DNA of 21,495 nucleotides, from contig CBDURU010000058.1 of assembly GCA_965369865.1 (NCBI GenBank), forward strand, positions 1 to 21,495, given 5' to 3'. A model generated the notes under the pieces. That model did not search any database. It saw nothing but the letters and a program-made list of their open reading frames with translations, and was not told the DNA's origin. Positions 8,601-16,943 of the stretch are shown piece by piece. Made by a program: the position numbers and the translations under genes. Positions within the stretch are counted from its first letter, which is position 1. The number at the start of each line of letters is the position of its first letter. The stretch comes from an uncultured bacterium (GTDB lineage Bacteria; JAJVIF01; JAPKYR01).

Positions 8601-9456
8601 CTTCAACCGGGAAATTTATTACTCGAGATCGGTCGATCTCGGAGTGTCGTTTGAAGACCCGGTAAGGCTGACTAATGCCACTCGGGATTCACGAATCCCG
8701 AAACTCGCCATTGGACCCGACGACAGTCTGAATGTCGCCTGGAACGACGATCGAACTGCCACAGATGACTACAATATCTATTTCAAGAGGTCTGATGATG
8801 GCGGCGATACGTGGCTTACCCATGTAATGGTCAATGATTCATATGTGGCTAGCACTGAAGTGGCTATCGCTGTTGGTGGAGATGGTGTAATACATATCGT
8901 CTGGGAAGAATTAGCCGGTCAATGGTGGGACCCGATCGGTAATGTATGGTACTCACGATCTGTTGATGATGGGTTAAATTTCTCGACACCGGTAAAAATT
9001 AATTCCGGAACCCACAACAACGATTGCTGGCACGCGGATATCGCTGCGGATGAACTGGGCAATGTTTACTCGGTGTTCCACTATGTACCCGGTTACAAGT
9101 ATGCTGAGATCAGTTGCGTAATAAGCAACAATTCGGGATTAACCTGGAACCCGGTTTTCGATCTGACCGATAATAATGTTCCCGACAGCCGTCCGGTGAT
9201 TTATGTTAACCCGGACAGCTCATTGATTGATATCGCATACAGAAGCCTGCAGGTGGACTCATGGAATATCTGGCACGCATACTCGGAGAACGGGTTGTCA
9301 TCGTGGGAGGATCCCGTTCAGATTTCATCATCAACCTGGGGTGATGCCCGGGAAGCGGTTATTGTACGCGACACTAACAAAAATATATATTCGTTCTGGG
9401 AAGACCTTGTAAACCAGACCGATTATGAGGTTTTTTATAACAGGTTCCTTTTCTGA
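5665..9456 (+). CDS. Multidomain subtilisin-like (S8) serine protease lipoprotein with C-terminal Asp-box (BNR) propeller
   Basis: Lipobox AAGC; triad VAVVDTG, GHGTHCSG, SGTSMACP; oxyanion AAAGN; Asp boxes SVDLGVSF, SDDGGDTW, SVDDGLNF, SNNSGLTW; SD GGAGG. Confidence 0.93.
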   Translation: MRCLFFGCLIASMLVLCAAGCSGSSSPTTPAGNPDQHNALIEAALDGVETQNTELLSIKLDNHELLPWGFRDVILSPEGIFPLDIVLEEPDREIVLEVENAILLVDGEESEEYRGPANAEFEITEFTERIVIHLEITGEREQTRDIIVRTAPSPHRPAPGMSGYHSYTDPETGATFDIAEWELLFGVQDGTSLKAVEALVAALDCEILREIPKINIFRIRIPANQAYERFIRLFESSGIVVFAEINSIKYPSIVPNDTYEYLEYGNDLMQLYDAWDITQGTDETIIAVVDTGTMRDHPDLAANCLVGEDFIDPVGDGEGGETPGDGAGDDSNVGHGTHCSGIVGAVGNNSEGVSGHSWNTKILPCRIFPIDGDSGAMDSDVADALVWATDQGADGISMSFGGYYSSGAEQAAINYAWAMDVVLVAAAGNGNTTYPHYPSSFPHVIAVAATNSNDQKASFSNYGVYQIDVSAPGVNIPSSVFYEHSGDPYSVPENQRYQSWSGTSMACPQVAGLVALVASYYPLYTNAQIVDQIVYTADNIDAINPGYIGELGTGRINDYKALTTALEPDFEILSFFSDDDQPFFSQGNRDGFINPGEIIEFRPTMQNTGLAGAYQCYMYLVEDNGHIRILNDNLFLNIMYPGEIYTHPDPIIFRASPDITEDTDVMVTFRFEFTDNDPIEVPYAFTIRTDLGTVDTVDFSGEGLLEEFVPKGVTGVTGLLFTIEGDLNYATLDQLTVTQTGTAGVESLGEVQLWLDKDANGVFSTHFDTRVAYRSYDHPGWRGQFDDLNDPNAGFDTGAEYEEFDPVMFDISGEAHFYEIVVPTSPGVPRSIFVVLEILPTAITGDTVQIGILDSSDVIVLAPDQVNPVNFPIQSDEVPIRGTWQDAQKLTTTTGTASSRFSWRAETAICPVTGNVYVVFDTNRYSDFDVMMRRTTDLAFSFEEAVMIDGSAKNEFYPDIQVDSTGTIHVVYYSTKINDFNREIYYSRSVDLGVSFEDPVRLTNATRDSRIPKLAIGPDDSLNVAWNDDRTATDDYNIYFKRSDDGGDTWLTHVMVNDSYVASTEVAIAVGGDGVIHIVWEELAGQWWDPIGNVWYSRSVDDGLNFSTPVKINSGTHNNDCWHADIAADELGNVYSVFHYVPGYKYAEISCVISNNSGLTWNPVFDLTDNNVPDSRPVIYVNPDSSLIDIAYRSLQVDSWNIWHAYSENGLSSWEDPVQISSSTWGDAREAVIVRDTNKNIYSFWEDLVNQTDYEVFYNRFLF

Positions 9457-9518
9457 TTCACTGGAGGAACTTCAGACGTTGGAACTTCAATCATAAGAGA
9501 TAAGTCGGGATGTCTTAA

Positions 9519-10328
9519 ATGGAACAGCATCCGGAACAATTTTCTGAACGCGCCAGGCTGGAAATCAGAAGGAATATTCACGCCACCTATTCCAAATTAG
9601 GGTACGATCTATATGGCCTTGCGCTCGATGCTTGTGATTTTCGGCCTTATGATGATCTCCTTGATATTGGATGCGGTCTGGGTGATTTCATTTTTAAAAT
9701 CCGCGGCAACGGCCATCTTGGGCGATTGGTCGGGATCGACATGAGCGTGGATGTTATTTCGAATGCAAAGGCGGAATCTGTGCGGTGCGGGCTTGGAGCC
9801 GAGTTCAGAATTGGGAACGCCGAGAACCTGGATTATCCTTCAAGTTGTTTTGATTGTGTTACCGCACTGCACGTAATCGGCCCCAACGATCCCGCGAAGG
9901 TCATTGCTGAAATGGGTCGCGTTTTAAAGGCAGATGGCAGTATCCTGATCGCCACAAATTCTAGGATGTCATACCCGATTCTGGAGGAGCTTAAAGAAAA
10001 AGCCCGTCAACGGTTCGGATGGTTCCACGCTAATGAATGGTCTGAAGGTTTTGAGTCGGAAATCGCTCCGGACACTCTTAATTTATTTTTTGGCTCTGTC
10101 GAGGAATTCCGCTATGAGGACACCCTCGAATATCCGGATGCCGAAGTCCTCGTGGATTTATTCCGTTCAAACTGGGGGTTATGGAGCGAGAATCTTTCCG
10201 AGCCGGAATGGGACAGGATTGTCGACTGGGCACGCGAGCAGGCGCTTGAGCTTATTCCCGAACATGGATACGCCGAAGAGCCGAGGAGTTTTTCGCTTTT
10301 CATGTGCAGGGAGCCCCTTGGACTTTGA
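9519..10328 (+). CDS. Class I SAM-dependent methyltransferase
   Basis: LLDIGCGLG, GIDMS, GNAENLDYPSSCFDCV, EMGRVLK. Confidence 0.9.
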   Translation: MEQHPEQFSERARLEIRRNIHATYSKLGYDLYGLALDACDFRPYDDLLDIGCGLGDFIFKIRGNGHLGRLVGIDMSVDVISNAKAESVRCGLGAEFRIGNAENLDYPSSCFDCVTALHVIGPNDPAKVIAEMGRVLKADGSILIATNSRMSYPILEELKEKARQRFGWFHANEWSEGFESEIAPDTLNLFFGSVEEFRYEDTLEYPDAEVLVDLFRSNWGLWSENLSEPEWDRIVDWAREQALELIPEHGYAEEPRSFSLFMCREPLGL

Positions 10329-10438
10329 ACTCTTTTACTTAATGAACGGTCCTGATAATAATAAATCCCGATTTAACCTGTTTAAGTTAAAGGTCAAGAC
10401 CCGCCTGAAACTAACGAAACTAATATTGAGTGCAAGTC

Positions 10439-10467
10439 TTGACATTCGGGTTCCAACCATGTATATA
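10439..10467 (+). promoter_or_regulatory. Candidate sigma70-type promoter upstream of rho
   Basis: TTGACA-17 bp-TATATA. Confidence 0.5.
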
Positions 10468-10897
10468 AAGGGTGTAAAGGGTTTCATATCAATACCCCTG
10501 TTGCCCCTCTGATTTGCAACCACCGGTGGTTTTTCCCTGAAGACGTAAAATGGATTTATTAGGGTTCTTTCATTTTTCATTCAGGTGCTTGCAGAGATAA
10601 TCGAACGTTGAATTTGAATTTTTTAAACCATCCGGTTTATAGATGTAGTAAAAAATGCCTTCGGCAAAACGTTTTATATAATATTGCTCACACACCAATA
10701 ACAATGGGTAATAGATACCAGAGGGATCAATTGCAGGCTGAATAAAGGGAAATTACACATAAACCTGTAAACCTAGGCTAATTGCTAAATCATCATAATC
10801 TGCGGATAGTTATCCCAATGAAACCAGGTCATTATTATCGAACTGGCTTGGTTTGCCGCAAAGTAACAAAAAAAGCTTACATAATGGAGTTGTCATC

Positions 10898-12442
10898 TTG
10901 AGTAATGCATCACGACCCAGAAGAAATTTTCGGCCCCGGACATCCCGCCCGGAAATAGAGGACGATCACAGGGGTTCCTCAATCAGTAATGTCTCCTCTC
11001 GTCGCGACAAGCGGCGGTCGCCGGTCAGGAATCAAAACCGCAGGAACCAGTATCGATCGGGTAACGGAGACCGCGGAGATTCTGGAGAACCTTCCAGCAC
11101 CCCGTCCAAGAGGCCTACCCATCAGGCCGAGATTGCGGTACTGGATGAAAAAACCCTGGCAGAACTTCGTACCATGGCAAAAGACAGCGATCTGACAGGA
11201 ATTTCTACACTTAAAAAAGCCGATTTGATCCTGAAAATTCTCGAGACTAAAACCGAGGAACCCGGGGGTATCTTCGCTACCGCTACACTTGAAATCCTGC
11301 CCGAGGGATATGGTTTCCTCAGGCGGAACGGCTACACTCCGACCCCTGATGACATTTACGTCAGCCTGAGCCAGATCAAGCGTTTCGGGCTTCGTACTGG
11401 CGATGTTATCAAGGGCCAGATTCGACCGCCTAAGGACAGCGAGAAGTATTACGGGCTTTTGAGGATCGAGGCGATCAACGGTGGCGACCCTGATATCGTC
11501 AAGGATCGCCCCTTCTTCAATCGGCTGATCCCGGTCTTTCCAAATGAACGTCTTATCCTTGAAACCGAATCTAAACTGATCTCCACCAGGTTAATTGACC
11601 TGATTTCACCTATTGGAAAAGGGCAGCGAGGTTTGATAGTCAGCCAGCCGAAAGCCGGTAAAACTGTCCTCCTGAAAACTATCGCCAACGCCATCAGCGA
11701 AAATCATCCTGAAGTCACTTTGATGGCTCTTCTGATCGATGAGCGGCCCGAGGAAGTTACCGATTTCGAGCGTTCGGTTAAGGGTGAAGTCGTTTCATCG
11801 ACCTTCGATGAACGTCCCGACCACCATATCCAGGTCGCGGAGATCCTTCTGCAGAAGGCTAAAAGGCTTGTCGAGCATGGCCGCGATGTGATGATCCTGC
11901 TCGACAGTATCACACGTCTCGCCAGGGCTTATAACCTGGTTATGCCTTCCAGCGGTAAAACCCTGTCCGGCGGACTTGATCCAAATTCGCTCCACAAACC
12001 GAAACAGTTCTTCGGCGCCGCCAGAAAAATCGAAGGGGGCGGATCGCTTACCATTATCGCCACTGCTCTTGTTGAAACCGGAAGCCGTCTCGATGACGTT
12101 ATTTTCGAGGAATTCAAGGGTACCGGTAACATGGAACTCGTTCTTAACCGCGACCTCGCGAATCGAAGGATATTCCCTGCAATCGATATCCTCAAGAGCG
12201 GTACTCGTCACGAGGAACTCCTGTATGATGATAAAGAAATCGAGGCTATCAGGAACCTGAGGGCGATTATCGACAGCCTTGGAGACCAGCACGGTACGGA
12301 GTTTGTTATCGACAGGATCGGTAACAAGGCTTTTCCAAGTAACGCGCAGTTTATCGAGGCCATTCCAGGTTGGTACAACATCTTCCTGAAAGGGGACCTG
12401 AGACGGAATGGTGGCGGAGGCATAATTAAGGGAATCCGCTAG
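10898..12442 (+). CDS. rho: Transcription termination factor Rho with N-terminal low-complexity extension
   Basis: [77 protein letters not shown]; start taken as TTG 10898 after GGAG (10886-10889). Confidence 0.98.
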   Translation: MSNASRPRRNFRPRTSRPEIEDDHRGSSISNVSSRRDKRRSPVRNQNRRNQYRSGNGDRGDSGEPSSTPSKRPTHQAEIAVLDEKTLAELRTMAKDSDLTGISTLKKADLILKILETKTEEPGGIFATATLEILPEGYGFLRRNGYTPTPDDIYVSLSQIKRFGLRTGDVIKGQIRPPKDSEKYYGLLRIEAINGGDPDIVKDRPFFNRLIPVFPNERLILETESKLISTRLIDLISPIGKGQRGLIVSQPKAGKTVLLKTIANAISENHPEVTLMALLIDERPEEVTDFERSVKGEVVSSTFDERPDHHIQVAEILLQKAKRLVEHGRDVMILLDSITRLARAYNLVMPSSGKTLSGGLDPNSLHKPKQFFGAARKIEGGGSLTIIATALVETGSRLDDVIFEEFKGTGNMELVLNRDLANRRIFPAIDILKSGTRHEELLYDDKEIEAIRNLRAIIDSLGDQHGTEFVIDRIGNKAFPSNAQFIEAIPGWYNIFLKGDLRRNGGGGIIKGIR

Positions 12443-12542
12443 AATCCGGACTAAAGTTTAAATTCTATTAGATCGAACCGATATTATTAACAGATACACC
12501 CGATTTCTTCTCTTGCTACCGAAGCAGATCGGGAACATTACG

Positions 12543-12570
12543 ACCGGCGTTCAAAAGACGCCGGTTTTTT
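12543..12570 (+). terminator. Intrinsic terminator after rho
   Basis: ACCGGCGT-tcaaaag-ACGCCGGT followed by a T-run. Confidence 0.8.
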
Positions 12571-12593
12571 CAGGTTTTTAAATTATACGCTTT

Positions 12594-12695
12594 GAATTCA
12601 TGGGGACGCTTTTCCATGCTTCCAGCGTTGAAAGTGTCAGAATTCATGGGGACGCTTTTCCATGCTTCCAGCGTTGAAAGTGTCCCCATGAATTC
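12594..12695. repeat. GGGGAC/GTCCCC palindromic element with a duplicated 46-bp unit
   Basis: GAATTCATGGGGACGCTTTTCCATGCTTCCAGCGTTGAAAGTGTC twice (12594, 12640), closed by GTCCCCATGAATTC (14-bp perfect inverted repeat). Confidence 0.9.
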
Positions 12696-12806
12696 TTAGT
12701 TACACGCTACGACTTGAGTTCAAAAGACGCCGGTTTTTTCATGTTTTTAATTTTGACCAATTCCGTTGAATAATTATTGATTCAAGATCGGGGACAAGCT
12801 GAGATC

Positions 12807-13006
12807 GGGGACATCTCTTTTCGCCTGCCTCCATCGTTGAAATATAGGGGACATCTCTTTTCGCCTGCCTCCATCGTTGAAATATAGGGGACATCTCTTT
12901 TCGCCCGCCTCCATCGTTGAAATATAGGGGACACCTCTTTTCGCCTGCCTCCATCGTTGAAATATAGGGGACACCTCTTTTCGCCCGTCGAAAAGCAGGT
13001 GTCCCC
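12807..13006. repeat. 40-bp tandem array (4 full units plus a terminal hairpin unit)
   Basis: GGGGACAYCTCTTTTCGCCYGCCTCCATCGTTGAAATATA at 12807, 12847, 12887, 12927; the fifth copy folds GGGGACACCTCTTTTCG/CGAAAAGCAGGTGTCCCC. Confidence 0.95.
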
Positions 13007-13034
13007 CTAAATTCTAAATATCTCCATTCAGTTT

Positions 13035-13760
13035 TTACTTAACGTATTTGGCCTTAATGAGTACAAGAACCCTCTGCACGGTTTCTTCGATTGTCATTTC
13101 GGAATTGTTCACAAGCCGGGCGTCCTCTGCCGGGACCAGCGGACTCACATCACGTTCGATATCGCGCTTGTCCCTTGCTTCTATCTCCGCCTTGAGATTC
13201 TCCAATTCCGATTCCGGGAGATTGTAATCGATCAGTCTCCTGCGCGCGCGTTCTTCAGCGGAAGCGGTTAGAAAGATTTTAATATCGGCATCCGGAAATA
13301 CGACGGTTCCCGTATCCCGACCCTCAAGTACGATCCCGCATAATTCTTGTTCATCAGCGAGTTCAGTCTGTGCTTTGAAAATCCGTTTTGCTATCTTCCT
13401 CTGCAATTCGACAATTTTTTCACGTACACACCTGTGCCTGCTGAAAATGCTTGCCGCCAGGCTGACCTCCGGAGACAATACCTCGTCCGTGATGTCCTCT
13501 CCATCCAGAAGAACGCGTTCGGTGTTACTTTCGTTCGGGGGTATGAATTCTATGTCGAGGTGCTTCGCTACCTTTCGGGCCTCTGATTCATCGGCTAGGT
13601 CGATCCCCTCGCGCATTGCCTTTATTGCCGCCGCACGATAGGTCGCTCCGGTGTTGAGATATGAAATACCCGATTGCTTTGCCAGTTCCCGCGCGAGGGT
13701 GCTTTTCCCGCTTGCGGATGGCCCGTCGATAGTGATGATCATGCATCGTTCAGGTTTCAT
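13035..13760 (-). CDS. cmk: Cytidylate kinase
   Basis: ITIDGPSASGKST, YLNTGATYRA, VLEGRDTGTVVFPDA, KIFLTAS, RDKRDIERDVSPL. Confidence 0.96.
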   Translation of the reverse strand: MKPERCMIITIDGPSASGKSTLARELAKQSGISYLNTGATYRAAAIKAMREGIDLADESEARKVAKHLDIEFIPPNESNTERVLLDGEDITDEVLSPEVSLAASIFSRHRCVREKIVELQRKIAKRIFKAQTELADEQELCGIVLEGRDTGTVVFPDADIKIFLTASAEERARRRLIDYNLPESELENLKAEIEARDKRDIERDVSPLVPAEDARLVNNSEMTIEETVQRVLVLIKAKYVK

Positions 13761-13767
13761 TTTGCGA

Positions 13768-16026
13768 TCAGTAAATTACCTGTATGTTGTATTCACTCAC
13801 GATCAGTACAGGCTGTTCGGCTGTACCCGACCATACCGCGAAAGTGTAGCTTGTCTCCGATGGCCTGTAATGGAAAATCCTGCCGCCGATAAATGCCCAT
13901 TTTACTACTTCCAGGTCGCTGTAAATCAGGATATTGTCTAAGAGATCCAATGATGGGGGCGGGTATGTCCCATATCTCTCCCGGATATCCCTTAGCGCTG
14001 CCCTGATCGCGTTTATGGCATCGTCGATATCGGCTTGTGACGCCAGCATCGGTCGCGTGAAACCATCGGGCTCCACAAGAAAAATTGCCCGGTGTTCGCG
14101 GTCGAGAACCGCAAGGCCGCCGGTTATTTTTGCGGCATCGTCGAGAGGGTGGCCCGGCGCGCCGGATGGAAGGCGGTTATTCCAGATTCCTGTAACATTA
14201 AGGTTACCAGAATCAAGCTGGAATATTTCTCCATCATCGATTGTTACCCATAAATTCCCTGAAACCCTGTCGGATTCCAGGAACCTTGCTTCAATTGCAT
14301 CGAGCCGGTCTATTGCGGTTCCACCCAGGAGATCGGACCGTACTTCGAACCATCGTGTTTCCGTGCTGTCCCCGTCGGGGAAATTCATCCATGTAAAAAA
14401 TCCATTTCCGGAGGGTCCGATTTTTGCGTTCAACAGGTAATCCGGAAAATTCAAACCCTCCGACGGGACCCAGGCGCCATTATTCAAAATTCCTATCGCA
14501 CCATTAACACCCATCCCGGCCCATGCGCCTATCAGCGATCCCGCGTTGGGCACAAGTTCCACGCATGGACTGACAACACCCACTATGTCCACTGAACTTT
14601 CATTCCTGACCAGGTACCCTTCGCTGTCGATTGTTAGAAGGCTCGATGTATACGGCGCTTCCAGGTTCTCGATGAATTCCATTCCGGGATCGTTCAGGAC
14701 GTCGAATGAAAAATCCTGCACCCCGACACGAATCTCACCATTCGAATCGACAGCTACCGCGGAAGTCTGTCTTACAAAATTCCCCCCGGGTTCCCTGTAG
14801 ACCCAGGAAACACCCGATGAATCGGTATTGTCAATCCCGCCAAGAGAAAATACCGGTGATGATGGCGCCAGTTTTGCTATCCCCCAGTATTCTCCGCTCT
14901 CCGTCGCGTTTACATCGTCCCAGTACAGGCTTCCGTCCGGAGCGGATACGAGCCTGTGTGGTGCGACCATCGTTGGAGTGCCGTGCGGAATATCGGCAAC
15001 CTTGAATCCCTGATCGAGCCTTGGATCCAGAATGGAAATGGTCCATCCATCATTTGTCTCGGTCAGAATGTGAGCGCGCCCGGATGGATCCACTGCGCAC
15101 GCTATTGGCGGGCTGCCGATTTCGATCGCATCCGTGATTGTCCCTTCGGGGTCGATCAGTAAAAGAATATAGCCAACACAAAGATTCGCCCTTAATGCGT
15201 CTTCCAGCGAGAAAAGAACATCTTCATCGTCACGGCTCAGAGCTTCTTCACGGAGACTGTTGTATTCATCCCTGTTTTCGGGATCGCTCAGATCGGTCAG
15301 CGCCGCGGCGACCGCGATCGTTCCATCCGATCCACAGGCGATGTCGATTGGTGAGATATAAAAATCGACCACGCCATCCAGGTTTATGGTCCATCGGATC
15401 ATGCCGTTCGTATCAACTAAGAACATATCCGGTTGTTGCAGGACCACAAAACCAAGCGGGTGCCCGACCGCCGTATCTATATGCTGGATAGTAGTGCCAA
15501 GATTTAATACTTCGAAATCCCCGGATGTTACATTCAAAATAATTCGACTGGAGATGATCCAGGTGTCTCCATAAGGCCCGATTGCCACACCGGCAGCGAC
15601 AGCACCCGGGTCCGGAAGACGTTCCAGGAACTCACCGGAAATCATATCGAATTTCTCCGCTACGCTCCCCGCCCATGGCGCGGGGATCGACCATAAGTAT
15701 TCATCAGTCGGGACAACGCGATCGAGGCCCCAGGGGGACGGGAGGATATCACCCGGCAGGCTTGCGGCATCGGGCAGGGGGATTGTTGAAAGAACCGCGC
15801 CTGATATTGTTCCCTCGGAATCCGCGAATTTTACCCGTCCGGTGTTATTACGGCCGTCGATAAGGATATACCCGTCACCATCGACAAAAATCCCCTCAAG
15901 GAACAAACATTCGGAAGGTTGATCCGCGACGAGAATACGTACAGAATCGGACGTAGACGCCCGGACCGGCAAAATTAACGCGACCAGTAAAATTATCAAT
16001 AAAATACCTGTATTTATCTGTTTCAT
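13768..16026 (-). CDS. Hypothetical exported protein; probable beta-propeller repeats and GspG-like C-terminal domain
   Basis: Signal peptide MKQINTGILLIILLVALILPVRA; NHL-like blades (PIDIACGSDGTIAV, PIACAVDPSGRAHI, PHRLVSAPDGSLYW, AVAVDSNGEIRV); TGCTATACT upstream supports the 16026 start. Confidence 0.75.
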   Translation of the reverse strand: MKQINTGILLIILLVALILPVRASTSDSVRILVADQPSECLFLEGIFVDGDGYILIDGRNNTGRVKFADSEGTISGAVLSTIPLPDAASLPGDILPSPWGLDRVVPTDEYLWSIPAPWAGSVAEKFDMISGEFLERLPDPGAVAAGVAIGPYGDTWIISSRIILNVTSGDFEVLNLGTTIQHIDTAVGHPLGFVVLQQPDMFLVDTNGMIRWTINLDGVVDFYISPIDIACGSDGTIAVAAALTDLSDPENRDEYNSLREEALSRDDEDVLFSLEDALRANLCVGYILLLIDPEGTITDAIEIGSPPIACAVDPSGRAHILTETNDGWTISILDPRLDQGFKVADIPHGTPTMVAPHRLVSAPDGSLYWDDVNATESGEYWGIAKLAPSSPVFSLGGIDNTDSSGVSWVYREPGGNFVRQTSAVAVDSNGEIRVGVQDFSFDVLNDPGMEFIENLEAPYTSSLLTIDSEGYLVRNESSVDIVGVVSPCVELVPNAGSLIGAWAGMGVNGAIGILNNGAWVPSEGLNFPDYLLNAKIGPSGNGFFTWMNFPDGDSTETRWFEVRSDLLGGTAIDRLDAIEARFLESDRVSGNLWVTIDDGEIFQLDSGNLNVTGIWNNRLPSGAPGHPLDDAAKITGGLAVLDREHRAIFLVEPDGFTRPMLASQADIDDAINAIRAALRDIRERYGTYPPPSLDLLDNILIYSDLEVVKWAFIGGRIFHYRPSETSYTFAVWSGTAEQPVLIVSEYNIQVIY

Positions 16027-16148
16027 GGCAGTCTTTTGACCCCGCAAACGGTCCAAAGGATCGGTAGGGAAGTATAGCATTTAAGGGTAACTGCCTGTCC
16101 TCCACAAGCGCTGTTCGAGGTAGACTTAACGTTCAATTTAAGATTTTT

Positions 16149-16239
16149 CCGGGTGCCGGTGACAAGCTAAGTGACGCCTTCTTTTATCAACAATCCCCGA
16201 ATAAACTCCCCCGCGTCACGTGCTTGTCGCCGATTCACA
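16149..16239 (+). repeat. RAYT-flanking repeat, copy 1
   Basis: CGGGTGCCGGTGACAAGCTAAGTGACGC-35 nt-GCGTCACGTGCTTGTCGCCGATTCACA. Confidence 0.92.
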
Positions 16240-16252
16240 TAATGTTGCCCCG

Positions 16253-16341
16253 CGGGTGCCGGTGACAAGCTAAGTGACGCATAGTATCGGCAACAATCTC
16301 AATAACTCTCCCCAGCGTCACGTGCTTGTCGCCGATTCACA
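16253..16341 (+). repeat. RAYT-flanking repeat, copy 2
   Basis: Arms identical to copy 1, diverged 34-nt loop; contains the RAYT stop codon. Confidence 0.92.
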
Positions 16342-16885
16342 AAAGGGGAAAGTAATCTCTCTCGATTATTACAGGACCGGTTTTTCCAGTCAACCAGAAT
16401 CCGGCGCTCGACCATTTCCAGTCTTCCGGCCTCTCAACCAGCCCACGTCGCACGGGATTGTTGTGTATGTATTCCACCTGTTTTCTTATTTCATCCGGCG
16501 TAAAGTAATTCCGATCATATCCACCGCCTTTTTGCCAGAATCGGTATTTTCTTTCCGCCTGCCCGGTTTCAAGATACTTGAGCGATTCAGGTTTATTGGC
16601 CTTCAGATAATCGGTTACCTGACGTGACGACGATTGTTTGATCGATTTTAAAATGTCTGAAATTGAATATGTTTCCTCTTTCGGGTACAGGAGAAAATGA
16701 ACGTGTTCCGGCATAAAAACGTACGCCCAGACTTCGAAAGAGTACCTGTTTCTTGCCTTGTTTATCGATTCCGATAGAATTTGATTGATGAAATTACTTT
16801 TTAAAAAAGTCCGTCGTTTGTAGCACGAGAAAGTCAATTCGTGAGCATGTCCGGGGATGTTGTATCTTTTTGGCCTTGATTCCAT
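16337..16885 (-). CDS. REP-associated tyrosine transposase (RAYT/TnpA-REP, HUH Y1 family)
   Basis: HELTFSCYKRR, YVFMPEHVHFLL (HUH), FWQKGGGYDR, YIHNNPVRRGLV (catalytic Tyr), WKWSS; start placed at MESRPKRY, TATAAT at 16909-16904. Confidence 0.93.
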   Translation of the reverse strand: MESRPKRYNIPGHAHELTFSCYKRRTFLKSNFINQILSESINKARNRYSFEVWAYVFMPEHVHFLLYPKEETYSISDILKSIKQSSSRQVTDYLKANKPESLKYLETGQAERKYRFWQKGGGYDRNYFTPDEIRKQVEYIHNNPVRRGLVERPEDWKWSSAGFWLTGKTGPVIIERDYFPLL

Positions 16886-16943
16886 GGAATTTATATGTGA
16901 AAAATTATAAGGGATGGAGACGATGATGATCAAATTGGATAGG

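Noticed and set aside
10033..10580. ORFs 10033-10512 (+) and 10335-10580 (-)
   Set aside because: They overlap the methyltransferase or the rho promoter and have no recognisable motifs
12739..12974. ORFs with MEAGEKRCP / MSPIFQRW repeats, and ORF 21197-21388
   Set aside because: Translations of non-coding tandem repeats; the 40-bp unit is not a multiple of three
12807..13006. CRISPR array
   Set aside because: Units are contiguous near-identical 40-mers with no unique spacers, and there are no cas genes
16149..16341. Mini-CRISPR (repeat, 35-nt spacer, repeat)
   Set aside because: Flanks are inverted arms and the loops are homologous to each other, not independently acquired spacers
16274..16627. 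117-aa plus-strand ORF
   Set aside because: Antisense shadow of the RAYT gene that starts inside a repeat
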